DNA from: Ruditapes philippinarum
Taxonomy: Eukaryota
Direction: 5' to 3'
Assembly (NCBI RefSeq): GCF_026571515.1
Contig: NW_026856538.1
Coordinates: forward strand, 1 to 64,000
DNA: 64,000 nucleotides
The position numbers and the translations under genes are program-made. The notes beneath the pieces are model-generated. The model was given only the letters and a program-made list of their open reading frames with translations, searched no databases and had not been told where the DNA came from. Positions 28,901-38,760 of the stretch are shown piece by piece (position 1 is the first letter of the stretch; each line of letters begins with the position of its first letter).

Positions 28901-31900
28901 AATTAAATCAAAAGAAAGTTCCTTCTACAATGGCGGTTAAGCCAGGGAAAGTACTGCCTACGATTGGGGTTTAGCAAAGGAAGTTCCATCCACGAAGGGA
29001 ACCACTTTCTACTGATGGGATTTAGCCAAGGAAAGTTGTTGGTTGTTTTTCTACAAAGGGGTTTAACCAAGGAAATTTTTATCTAGAATTGGTGTATAGC
29101 CAATGAAAGTTCTTTATACGACTGGGGTTTAACCAAAGAAAGGCTTTTTTCTAGGACAGGGTTTACCTAAACTGTAATAGTTCTTTTAGAAAAAGACATC
29201 CCCCTGAACTCGAGTCAAACCTTAAACATGCGTTAAATAAAAATAAGACAATTCCACAAAAACAATATTACTAAAATCTCGTTATATATCACCTTTCTTG
29301 TGTTAGCATTATTCAATAATCATCATAAAAGGGATCTATTAATATTTGTTTATTAATATAGATAATAAAAAAATCGTTCATTGAAATTAAAATCATAATC
29401 TACTTATATACATTTCCTTGTTGCATTTGCTTCTTTTGGAAACAATGTAACAATGAAGTTCCTGTGATATCATAGATTTCCAAGTATGCCCATCAGTGTT
29501 TCAAGAATTCTTAGATACTGTTCTTGGAGGAAACTATTTTTTCCAACAAGAAATAACCAAATAAATTTGTTTTTTGAATGGTTGAGGACAAATACCATTT
29601 CATCAACTGTCGTTAGCGAATCGTCATTGGAAATATTTTTGCCATAAGCAGAAGTATTAAAATGTTATACCCTCTTGACAATTTTGTATAAAACAATTAC
29701 AAGAAAAGTCAAAAGGACGCCTTCGTCTAGTTAATTCAATGTAAATTAATGTCGTGATTCGGAGGGTTAATTACCAACAACACCAAAAAGACGCCAATCA
29801 TACTGGGTAATCAAGTTAGAGAATAATAACAAAGGTACTTACCGATACCTGTACATTTTGACTGTTGCCAAATATATTGACTAGTACTGTCTCTGGGTTA
29901 TTAAACCTTATCACGTTTGGAGCAAGCACGAAATAATAATCATTAGCACTGAAAAATAAGACATACAATGACATACGAGCATTATCAATAGTGAGATAGA
30001 TCTAGGATGTTCATAATTCAATGTTTATAGAACTGACACTATGCCTCAAAAATGAAAAAAAAAATGAAATAAAAAAAAAATAAAAAATCCCCCATGAATG
30101 TAAGTTTGTGTTTGCCTTGTGCCCTGTTCTGATTTTGTTGAAAGCCGCTCTTCCTTGATGATTTTGTTTTTCATATTTTGTTATTGTAAAGGGTTGCATC
30201 GCTCGTGTTGTTTCTGCCAAGCTGTATTCCAACTTGTTTTACCTAGATGTCCTTAAATGAGTGTACCGAGCGTATTATATTTCATTATTCGCTTGGACAA
30301 TATAGCTATTGCAAGGTTCTCCCTTACAATTGTTTTTATATAAAGAGATATTTTTAATTAGTTACTTTCGTGAAATAAAGAGAAATTTAGTTGTTCGTTT
30401 TCATTTTTTTCCTTCTTTAGAAAAGGCAAACGTGTTTTAATTGCATTGAAATAATGGTTTAGAGCATGTTAGATGCCTATCACCTGAATAAAGTGGCACT
30501 GAATGTGAAATTATTTGTCATAAGCGTAGCAAAATGAAAACACAATAGAATTTTGACTTTTATATAAAATACTTTATCACTATAATTGTACTTACAACCA
30601 AAAGGCAAAAGGAACAAAAATTTGTTTAAGTAATTGGTCAATGCGTAACGTTTCAGAAACTATTACATTACACACGATAAAAAACAACTTTAAAGTTGTG
30701 AAAAAATGGAACAATGTTTTGTTGGTGGTGTTTGCACCAAACACTAAATAGCGGATATGCAAGATTTTTCTTCAAATACAACATTTATTTTCATCGAGTG
30801 GTATGAAAATAAATATTTCAGGAGTGGCGGTAGCCACGAGTGAAATATGATAACTTTCATAGAACAAGATAAAAAATCCTGTATTTCTAGAAAAAAACTT
30901 GAATTTTCTGTTTATGATAAGTATACAATTTTTTCTTTATTAATTAACTCTATGTATACTATGCTGTATACATAACATAGTGTAAGATAAGACATGTAAG
31001 AAGATAAATATGTGATTTGTAAAAATTAACAGAAACTCCTCGAAAAAAAGGGGTTTAACCCCTCGTAACGTTGTAGATAGAAAAGTTCGTGTAATAGATA
31101 ATTATTAACTAACTGTTTCCAGAATGATTTTTTCTTTATTGACATTACATTTTGCAAGACTTTCCCTATTAGCTGAAATTAGAAGAAAGTAGTCCGGCAA
31201 GACACAAACTATGTTTCACTACAGTGAAAAATAATTTTTTATAGTGAAAATACGGCAAATGAAAATACACATTTTATTTCATCAATATCTGACAATATTT
31301 CATTTAGTAGTATATAAGTAATCTCCAGGGAGATATTTCAATGACCTTTTAGTTGGTTATTATAGAAGTAAAACGTTTGTAAAGTGTACACATGTATTGA
31401 TTTAAGTGAGTCTTACAAACTTACTATATACAGACAGTATATGCAATGAGTCAAAAAGTGTTGCTACAATTGCTATAAATACAAAAATATTATTGCATTA
31501 AAACAACATGTTCTATAGCAAAAAGTACAATTTTCAATACAAAGAAATAAACCTTACTACGTAAGTAAGTAACGGGGTTGACATATGAAAAGAAATTAAA
31601 AAATCAATCTAATCGAGGGTTAATCATATTTCTTTAACATTTATACTAATCATTTATGCAGTTGTCTGGAGACGTGTAGTTGTAATTATATCACGAGACC
31701 GTGAACAGATATATTCGGATTGTTTGTATATTTTGTCATCACGACTTTCCCAGATATATTTTTTGATATGTTTATACAAAGCTGAAATGATCCGGATGTT
31801 CATCGATATTGAATATATTCGACAATTTATATTACATTTCAATGTAGAAAAAGCCAGTTATTATACAAAATTGTAAGAAATAATCGATGCATTAATGAAT

Positions 31901-32070
31901 CAAATTTTATCAACATAGTATTGGGATAAATCAATATTTATGAAGAAACAATGCTATTGAAGTAATTTTTTTATAAATATTGTATCTTCTAAAGTCGATG
32001 AAAAAAATACAAACCCTTCGCAAGAACCGAAAATGCTGCCAACAAGCAAACACAATTTAATCCATTCCAT
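2419..32070 (-). CDS. C3: Complement C3-like thioester-containing protein gene, 26 coding exons in window (about 1100 aa, 3'-partial)
   Basis: Hand-spliced exons give one open frame with GT-AG junctions: signal peptide, YFVLAPNVIR, QTDKPIYTP, DLGCGEGSG, RKRR, ANATO-like Cys domain, RTDFRESFMF, PDSITEW, FFIQLDLPY, GCGEQ. RKRR plus ANATO favours C3 over A2M/CD109. Confidence 0.93.
2992..3180 (-). CDS. C3: C3 exon 25, thioester motif GCGEQ (3098-3112)
   Basis: SLFQCPHGCGEQTIATTAPNVYAMMYLKQTNQ. Confidence 0.95.
3809..3916 (-). CDS. C3: C3 exon 24 (VKYSDNG...LSLPNIAIQGTGSATAYLQ)
   Basis: LPxxxxxGT CUB motif, splice sites. Confidence 0.87.
4295..4388 (-). CDS. C3: C3 exon 23 (NEGIQEIITIQACLDPNEQREDCEDSDRVKT)
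   Basis: EG...LDP motif at CUB start. Confidence 0.88.
5029..5250 (-). CDS. C3: C3 exon 22 (ANMYLEAVEGLC...FPLIPLKAG...EKNLYVV)
   Basis: MG7 motifs, lies in ORF 4924..5244. Confidence 0.92.
5908..6074 (-). CDS. C3: C3 exon 21 (GMCIADP...FFIQLDLPYKATRFE...LFNY)
   Basis: FFIxLxLPY and FNY MG7 motifs. Confidence 0.93.
6565..6632 (-). CDS. C3: C3 exon 20 (...YPDSITEWMIQAI)
   Basis: PDSITxW motif. Confidence 0.92.
7056..7390 (-). mobile_element. tRNA-derived SINE with Deu-like core and (GATA)n tail
   Basis: A box TAGCTCAGTTGG and B box GGTTCGATCC on minus strand; tail is tandem ctat on plus. Confidence 0.75.
7580..7677. repeat. 24 bp minisatellite, about 4 copies
   Basis: aaatcaaataggtaaaccaaatga units. 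Confidence 0.85.
7943..8087 (-). CDS. C3: C3 exon 19 with putative convertase site LSSR/S and RTDFRESFMF
   Basis: Corresponds to LAR/S and RSxFPESWL of vertebrate C3. Confidence 0.88.
8153..8185. repeat. (AAT)n microsatellite
   Basis: Seen directly. Confidence 0.95.
8253..9654. mobile_element. Non-autonomous Tc1/mariner-type element
   Basis: TIR CGAGGGTTGTTCAAAAAG...CTTTTTGAACAACCCTCG flanked by TA on both sides; no transposase. Confidence 0.85.
9815..10051 (-). mobile_element. tRNA-derived SINE (MetaSINE-like), 5'-truncated
   Basis: Reverse-complement homolog of 53781-54030. Confidence 0.8.
10796..11011 (-). CDS. C3: C3 exon 18, anaphylatoxin (C3a-like) domain
   Basis: DCNGADERCCIYG...LCYS...RCIQSILHSCIDE, phase 1-1 exon. 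Confidence 0.88.
11397..11499 (-). CDS. C3: C3 exon 17 with RKRR beta/alpha processing site (11407-11418)
   Basis: NAGFSILTN...GCDSNARKRRSAD. Confidence 0.92.
12296..12370 (-). CDS. C3: C3 exon 16 (MFDVLRSHDLGCGEGSGKNNGDVFK)
   Basis: DLGCxxGxG LNK motif typical of C3/C4/C5. Confidence 0.92.
13038..13187 (-). CDS. C3: C3 exon 15 (...SWVGLNAMDKALLLLNDKN...)
   Basis: VGLxAxDKA MG6 motif. Confidence 0.92.
13579..13776 (-). CDS. C3: C3 exon 14 (VVTRGKVV...PTARLLVFYV...VVADSIKIDVDAKC)
   Basis: PxxRLLVFY and VADS MG5 motifs. Confidence 0.92.
14282..14365 (-). CDS. C3: C3 exon 13 (DDNIMLMNAFSNVQLGSAVSSYTGMLFV)
   Basis: tttcag acceptor, gtgggt donor, leads into VVTRGKVV. Confidence 0.7.
15010..15108 (-). 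CDS. C3: C3 exon 12 (VIGSRDAQRQD...VERVIT)
   Basis: cag/gtgagt sites, open phase 0-0; weakly conserved sequence. Confidence 0.78.
15490..15660 (-). CDS. C3: C3 exon 11 (VDVNMPNGLPA...TDSDGQA...)
   Basis: PxGxPA and TDxxG MG4 motifs. Confidence 0.9.
15892..16125 (-). CDS. C3: C3 exon 10 (LERGIAEF...VFESATGKEE...RFFRPGMGYYLK)
   Basis: ExxTG and FxPG motifs, 78 open codons. Confidence 0.9.
16565..16667 (-). CDS. C3: C3 exon 9 (KYVYGKPVAGKARLSF...)
   Basis: YxYGKPVxG MG3 motif. Confidence 0.9.
16729..16812. repeat. About 28 bp tandem repeat, 3 copies
   Basis: atagaagctcatgttgtttatacaacca units. Confidence 0.85.
17197..17293 (-). CDS. C3: C3 exon 8 (VLPTFGVTVDVSQPYIL...FTVIG)
   Basis: VLPTF motif, splice sites. 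Confidence 0.9.
17723..17951. mobile_element. MITE with about 35 bp imperfect TIRs (possibly PIF/Harbinger)
   Basis: GCCAAAACAAAATGGTCTTGTGGTTCCAGTAAC vs GTTACCAGAACCTCAAGATCATTTTGTTTTGGC. Confidence 0.7.
18305..18452 (+). mobile_element. Diverged 3' half of MetaSINE-like element
   Basis: aggtgccc...aaataatgtacagaagggtacctggtgtcttcct...atatgacctatactgtg matches 53900-54020. Confidence 0.7.
19847..19889 (-). CDS. C3: C3 exon 7 (YETVARSQFQIEEY)
   Basis: Forms the F-x-x-EEYVLPTF motif with exon 8. Confidence 0.88.
20956..21090 (-). CDS. C3: C3 exon 6 (SPSNLTLGRR...FSLPPYPEIGTWTARAFYGGH)
   Basis: F-x-LP...G-x-W MG2 motif, splice sites. Confidence 0.9.
21677..21756 (-). CDS. C3: C3 exon 5 (VKIRVLALDESLKRVSGDQWQLHLDIV)
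   Basis: tag/gtaagt sites, MG2-like sequence, in phase. Confidence 0.87.
22353..22673. mobile_element. Possible Harbinger-type MITE
   Basis: taa-GGAGCAG...CTGCTCC-taa; TIR is short. Confidence 0.45.
22826..22932. repeat. (GT)n/(GCGT)n microsatellite
   Basis: Seen directly. Confidence 0.95.
24231..24428 (-). CDS. C3: C3 exon 4 (...SYKTGYLIVQTDKPIYTPLQK)
   Basis: QTDKPIYTP motif; lies in ORF 24160..24477. Confidence 0.92.
25198..28345. mobile_element. 3.1 kb foldback (long inverted repeat) non-autonomous element in C3 intron 3
   Basis: Termini AGTAGTATAGGGG...CCCCTATACTACT; inner arms about 25843-26691 and 27135-27963 nearly identical. Confidence 0.85.
28440..28511 (+). mobile_element. SINE 3' tail fragment with (AAAC)n
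   Basis: ccgcctatatgactgaaatactgttggaaaaaggcgtaaaa is the reverse complement of the 38690-38740 SINE tail. Confidence 0.65.
28807..28867 (-). CDS. C3: C3 exon 3 (VWLEYRGNPFSKSTVTVPDQ)
   Basis: aag acceptor, gtaagt donor, phase 0 to 1. Confidence 0.8.
28905..29165. repeat. Degenerate 30-35 bp tandem array, related copy at 23235-23430
   Basis: ccaaggaaagtt...ctacgatggggtttag units in two C3 introns. Confidence 0.65.
29167..29220 (-). pseudogene. Degenerate duplicate of C3 exon 3 (pseudo-exon)
   Basis: V*LEFRGMSFSKRTITV* aligns with VWLEYRGNPFSKSTVTV; similar upstream acceptor region. Confidence 0.75.
29843..29948 (-). CDS. C3: C3 exon 2 (MG1: ANDYYFVLAPNVIRFNNPETVLVNIFGNSQNVQVS)
   Basis: cag acceptor, gtaagt donor, typical C3 N-terminus. 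Confidence 0.9.
32015..32070 (-). CDS. C3: C3 exon 1, signal peptide MEWIKLCLLVGSIFGSCE(G)
   Basis: ATG, hydrophobic core, GG/gtttgt donor in phase with exon 2, TATA box upstream. Confidence 0.8.
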
Positions 32071-32114
32071 CTCAGAATTATTCCATCAAATGTTTACCAG
32101 ATTTCTTAGACACT

Positions 32115-32240
32115 CACTGTTATATAGTTTGCCGTTTGAAATTCCTGGAAGGCTAGCAGAATGTTTTACAGGAAATAAGATACTGTGATAAGAAATTCAG
32201 AGAAATTATCAAGCTGGTATGATTTTTCCCCAGAACTCTG
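32115..32240 (-). promoter_or_regulatory. Putative C3 proximal promoter
   Basis: CTATATAA on minus strand at about 32120-32127; palindromic TTCCTGGAA (STAT/GAS) at 32142-32150 overlapping a kappaB-like GGAATTTC; further TTACAGGAA, TTCCCCAGAA and GATA motifs. Confidence 0.5.
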
Positions 32241-32505
32241 GTAGTTTATAAGCCTTTCGTCAGATATAGACAAAGTTATAGTCAAGGACATTTTCCTTCC
32301 AATCATATAATGCTTATAAGCCCGTGATGACATAAAAACCATATTCACAAGATAACGAACAGTGCATATATTAGTATACAAAACATTATTATGACAATAA
32401 AATATCGCAATAAAATAATGACTTTGAGAACATCATTATGACTACTTAGAACATAGAAGACGTCAAATATATTTTTTTTTTACTCATGTTTTTCCTATCT
32501 GTTAA

Positions 32506-32861
32506 AGGGACTCAACTGAGGTTTAAAAGCCTAAAAACATAACATTTGAATTTCTTACATAAATGAGCTGGGGCACTTTAAACAGAAATATATGCAAAGA
32601 TAGTTAGGAAATATACTTTGAAATAAATTGAAAATCGTATTTTTATGCTTTTCTTAGCCCGATTTGAGTAAAAAGCTTTTTTAACGCTTTTCATTTTGGG
32701 TCACTTTTTACAATTTGAATAATTATTCTGGAAAAACGAAGTGCGCAAATGATCTGAAATTTTGCACACATATTAATGGTCTAAACATACATCAAATGGT
32801 ACATTTATCTGGAAAAAATATTTTCAGTCCCATCATGTCAAAAAAACCTTAGTGGACTCCC
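32506..32861. mobile_element. Kolobok-like MITE
   Basis: TTAA-AGGGA...TCCCT-TTAA with imperfect TIR of about 20 bp. Confidence 0.6.
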
Positions 32862-33651
32862 TTTAAGGCCCTTGTGACCTTGACCTTTGACTTAGTGACT
32901 GCATTGATTTTTGACTTGCTATGAAAATAAACAAAGATAATTGTCCTGCTTTTTAACTTACCGGCAGTGTAACAACAAACATAATCAATGTTCATTTAAT
33001 TTACATATTTCATTATAAATTAGCTTTTCTACATATTTTTCCTGAATAGCGATGCAAGAGACGTAGATATTAATATATACATGTCTATTATAATGTTCGG
33101 TATTGTATTGAAACGAAACTCTAAGACAGAAATTTTAATTACATGTAGTTCATTGGGAACGGACTTTATAATTATATAAAGAATTTGTAAAATTGTACAG
33201 CTGCGATCTACATTGATATGTTTCTATAATATGCTTTTGTTTATTATCTTGTAAATTCTATTTATTACACTATGGTATATACTTTTTATTAATAATATTG
33301 TTTATTCTATTAATTATGTTATCAAGTATTCTATTTTTTATCTTATTTTTAATTATATGGCTATATTATAGGTTTGACCACGGGGTCTAAAACAAGGGTA
33401 TATACAATAGCCTTATTCCGTAATAAAATTTTTATAGTAAATAACTTTATAAAAAAGATAGAAGGTGGTATAACATAGGGGATTAATCCAGGTTATTGTC
33501 TATATTGACCTGTTGACTGCGTTATTGTTAATTCTTTAATTCTTGTTAATTCTAAAAATTGTTTTGCGTATCCTATTGTTTACGTTATTGTTAATTCTAT
33601 TCATTAAGATAGTATGTATTTTATTTTTAGAATTAGTTAATTCCTCTATAT

Positions 33652-34765
33652 AAGAACTGAACAGAACAAAACAGAAATTTTATTCAAGACTTGTACATGG
33701 TACACCATCTTACAACTTGTACAATTTAAATATTCTATACAATAGTCACATGACATTTAATGTACATAAATATAGCTATAGACCTTAACATATATACTAT
33801 TAACAATGAAAATATAGATAGAGAATACAACATGAAATATTCTGTTTACTTCCTACATAGAGGATTAACCATTCATTATTACATATTTTAAGACATGGAT
33901 GTTCTTTTAGCCATAGCATCTCTGATATAGTAAGCAATGTTACACAATATTTTCTTATTATTACAATTTAACAATTCAATAAATTTGAACACACTTGGTC
34001 TAACATAGTAGTATCTCATAATATATTTTTTTATGAATTGCAAGAAAACAGGTACATACTAATATAAAATGGTATTCATCTTCGATATCACGAAGGTTAC
34101 AATATTTGTTTGTTTGTTTCATTTTCCGTTTTTTCCCAACAGTATTTCAGTCATATAGGCGGGTAGTTTCCTAACCATCGTTCCTGGAGAGTTACACCAG
34201 TACTAGACAACTTTCTCTGTGCTAAACTACCAATGCATCTGCCGGGGTTCGAACCCACGCCAGAGAGGTAACTGGATGAGAAGTCATCGACTCTAACCCC
34301 TCGACCACGGAGGCGATAGGTTCCAATATAATTATACAATATCGGTCATAACTAGAAATTCTGTTTATACCATAACGTCCGGTTTGTATCAGTTATGTAT
34401 GTGAAGACATTTTGACATACGTATTCTACATATATAAGTTCTAAGATTTCCTGGTATAAGATCTAAATATTGTTCATAACCAAGCACACTCTTTAAATTA
34501 TTATACAAATTCAAAACTGGGCTACCATTAATGTCAGAATGCCAGTTTTGTAAAACGTTATCTATTACACGTTGCTTAAATTCGGAAATAAAAGATTTAT
34601 TACAGACACAACCTTGATTTTCCCATACATCCATAAAGCCATAAGTGTATACGACATATCTTTGACATTAGATAATTAATTACGTTTACCACTTGTACAA
34701 TCATTATAAGACATGTGATATATTTCTTTCAAAATAATATTATCAGCCTTGTTGAAATATTTAAA
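33652..34765 (-). mobile_element. LINE 3' fragment (ORF2 C-terminus), interrupted by a SINE
   Basis: FKQRVIDN...W...YEQYL...RIRMS..H, TGRY, EDEYHFILVCP; AATAAA and (TTCTG)n-like tail. Confidence 0.75.
34106..34316 (-). mobile_element. tRNA-derived SINE nested in the LINE fragment
   Basis: A box GTGGTCGAGGGG, B box GGTTCGAACC, (AAAC)n tail. Confidence 0.8.
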
Positions 34766-37449
34766 GTATTATACAGAATAATAAACTAATGAAAATGCTT
34801 TTAAATATCATTTCACCTTAAATTTATAAAAACTGTCGTGAGTGTAACATTAGCCTATTTTCTTTCTATTATCTAAACTCACTAATAAAATTGTATTATA
34901 TAACAAATACTGCATGTTTTACTTCTAATATATTTACTAAATTCGTCCAACATTTAGAATGTAAAGCAATCCTTTAAAGTCGAACGTAAAACATTAAGCA
35001 AACATTGATAATTCTTAAAGGTATCATGTAAGAGTAAATCCAACGCAATCGTAAACTCTTTTGATATATTTCCCTCAGGTCAGTTCGAAAGTTTGGATTG
35101 AGTAGAGAGGATAAAACAAGAAAAGTTGATACTTTTGCCTTCGCACTAGTGATAATGTTTTTATATAAAGAGTACCATAACCTTGTCAAGTTCATTAACA
35201 ATGGGAATTTAAACTACAAGGACATAAATTAACAATCGTTAAGACAGGTGCACAGGGAAGTAATAAAACTGGCGGGAACATTTTTTTCCAGACTTGCCTA
35301 AAATCTCAACGTTTGAGTATACAGTACTATTTATATCAATGAAATCAATAAATTTCTAAGTAAATTGCCATACATTGAATTGTAAAATCATGTTAGCTCT
35401 TGAATACTAGTAAATCAGAGAAGGAATAGAAAACTAATTTTCTGTTTTCTTTCTGTGAATACATGTATTGAAGTTGATAGATTAGCCACTTGATTTAAAA
35501 GGATGCACTCTTCGAAGAAGTATGTGCATATATCGCTCTATACATCGTATGCACAACCACAGACAGTCTATTTAAAAAACGCATCGTTTACAGTCCATTT
35601 AATTGTTGAGACCAGTTGATCTTACAGAACCAAACCATTATAAAATAATATGGCCGGTAATCCTCAGATTTGGGTTGAATATTGGTCATGACTAATAGAT
35701 TACCCCTACAAACATTGAGGTCTATTAATGATTGTTCACCGTACAGAAAGCTTGTCTGACCGATTATCAGCTAGAGAACGAACATACCCATAATCGTATA
35801 ACTGTGTGTATCATCAGCAACAGTAGCTTTTTGTTGATTTTTTTTTCATGCAGAAAGATTTTTATGCGGCCTAACCTTTGACGATAACAAGAACAATAAT
35901 GGAAAATCCACTAAAGACTACTAATTTATACTTTCATCTACATTCCTAGCAATTGGTTGAAGTGGATCATTCGTTCTGATGTACGTTGGTCAAAGTTAAT
36001 ATGACTATTACTACTTAGAGTCTGTCCTACCAACAACTTGTGACCGTTTTGGCAAACAGGCCATTAAGGTAGTGTTTCCATAATGGGCACTATTTTGAAG
36101 TGAAATATTACAAACTTAGTTGTGTTGCATTCCTAAGGATACCAATATTATGCATATACAAAATTTGAAGGAAAAATAAAACAGATTAGTTTGGACTTAA
36201 CAAAAATGAGCTCTTTTTCAGGAATGGGGAAATTCTTCCTAATTTCTTCCTAATTAGATTATCATGCTCATAAATTTCAAAGCATTTTTTCCTGTTAACC
36301 TATGGCTAAGAAAACAAATTATAACATACAGCAAACACATCATACAAGGCAAATCATTATTTCCATTGAAAATATTTGAAATATTCTACTAAAAATGTTT
36401 GAAACATACAAACTATTGCATGGGACAATCCACAACGAAATCGAACGAATGTGTAAGCAAAGGCGGACTCCGGAATTTTGGCATGCTTCTCCTTAAAAGT
36501 TTATATATGTGCACAAGAGATCGCTGAACAGCCTTGAGCCTATGTCACTCCGGTGTCATTTGATATTTTTTTGGCAAACAAGAGCCACCAAGCTAATGCA
36601 CTTGCCAACCTGCAATAAGATATGACTATGATTATATAACGCATGCCTCCGGAAAATGATGCGTTTTTTAAAATGTCATACAGAGATTACAAACTGCCGC
36701 ATCGATTAATGCGAATGTCATGCGAGCATCTCACGGCAATATGTCTTAGACAAAAAATAACAAGAAAGAAAACTATTGCACTAGCTAATCTTTGTTAGTA
36801 GCCACTCGTGAGAATACTGTTTTTAAAGCCCACTCGATGAAATAAAATTTCATCTTACACACAAACAAACAAATATCCTCTATATAATTATATAAATAAT
36901 TTGTAAAATTGTACAGCTGCGATCTACATTGATATGTTTCTATAATATGCTTTTGTTTATTATCTTGTAAATTCTATTTATTACACTATGGTATATACTT
37001 TTTATTAATAATATTGTTTATTCTATTAATTATGTTATCAAGTATTCTATTTTTTATCTTATTTTTAATTATATGGCTATATTCTAGGTTTGACCTCGGG
37101 GTCTAAAACAAGGGTATATACAATAGCCTTATTCCGGATTAAATCTTTATTTTATATTATTGTTATAAAAGATAGATGGTGGTATAACATAGGGGATTAA
37201 TCCAGGTTAGTGTCTATATTGACTACGTTATTGTTAATACTTGTTAATTCTAAAAATTGTTTTGCGTATCCTATTGTTTACGTTATTGTTAATTCTATTC
37301 ATTAAGTTAATATGTATTTTATTTTTAGAATTAGTTAATTCCTCTATATAAGAACTGAACAGAACAAAACAGAAATTTTATTCAAGACTTGTACATGGTA
37401 CATCATCTTACAATTTGTGCAATTTAAATATTCTAAACAATAGTCACAT

Positions 37450-38428
37450 TGTAATAGGGGTGGTTCGGCGCAATTTAAAATATAACTATCCGAGCCCCTG
37501 AGGGTCAAGTAAGTTCGGGATTAAATCAAATCAACAAACAGCTGTAAAGTTCTATCTTGTTTATATACTGATCCAATCAAGTAGATTCTGTAGGTACAAA
37601 CAACAACACTCTGAAATAAGTATATAACAATATGTAAATATAAAGTAAAATAAAGTAGAAACAATGCATTAATTATTATCATATCTTACATAATCAATTA
37701 CATGTCTAGTGGCCAATTTAGTTCGTTACCCTCAACAACAGTCCTTTAAATATAATATCATAGCTTATGGAATTATACACACAATTAACATATTTTATCT
37801 TTTAAACAATACACAATAAAGCACATGTAACTTACCATCTGAGGGATTAGTGTAGTACAACAATCTAATCACTTACATTTTTTTCTTTCACACCAATGAC
37901 TGTTAACTGCAAGGTTAAATATTAATAGTGAATAAAAGATGAAAGGTGATTTGATAGATACATGTCATTCTGAAACTCATACTTATTTACAAATTTCACA
38001 ATCAATGGACTGATCCAAAATACAACAGAATCACAATAATGCAATTCTATATATTTACAATAAAGCATTTAGCAGCAGTCAGGATAAATACATACCAACT
38101 TATGAAATAAAGAACTTGGCCACAAACACTAATTTTTCTAACCTCTCTTTTACAACACAACAAAGACACAATGACTTTTTCCCACCAAGAAATCACATGA
38201 CATAAAAATAGCTTAAAACCAATGATCCGTGAACCAATCATTTGAATTCTTAGAATACTGACCAATGTAAACAAAAGCTAAAATCAGTTAAAACCAATAG
38301 AGTAATCTCCCTTGAAAAGTATCAGACAAGACCGGCGGATTTGTCTCCCTTTGCTACATTATAAAATCCAACAGTAAAGCAAGAGTATTGTCCCTTAGAC
38401 CTGATCCTAAAAATAAGACCCTGTTACA
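37450..38428. mobile_element. Solo LTR (Gypsy-type, 4 bp TSD)
   Basis: TGTAATAGGG...CCCTGTTACA flanked by ACAT duplicates; empty site gtcACATgaca in copy 1 at about 33745-33755. Confidence 0.85.
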
Positions 38429-38760
38429 ACATGACATTTTAATATACATAAATATAGCTATAGACCTTAACATATATACTATTAACAATGAAAATAAAGA
38501 TAGAGAATACAACATGAAATATTCTGTTTACTTCCTACAAAGAGGATTAACCATTCATTATTACATATTATAAGACATGGAAGTTAACATAGTAGTATCT
38601 CTTAATATATTTTTTATGAATCTCAAGAAAACAGGTACATACTTATATAAAATGGTATTTATCTTCGATATCACGAAGGTTACAATATTTGTTTGTTTGT
38701 TTTACGCCTTTTCCCAACAGTATTTCAGTCATATAGGCGGGTAGTTTCCTAACCATCGTT

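Noticed and set aside
29215-29217. In-frame TGA in the pseudo-exon as selenocysteine
   Set aside because: It replaces a Trp codon (TGG to TGA) and a second stop (TAG) follows
2419-32070. Alternative identity as alpha-2-macroglobulin, CD109 or insect-type TEP
   Set aside because: LNK DLGC motif, RKRR directly followed by an ANATO domain and an R/S site indicate the C3 family; the C345C domain cannot be checked in this window
34974-35201. ORF repeated at 41101..41289
   Set aside because: Repetition is explained by the segmental duplication; no recognisable protein or splice structure
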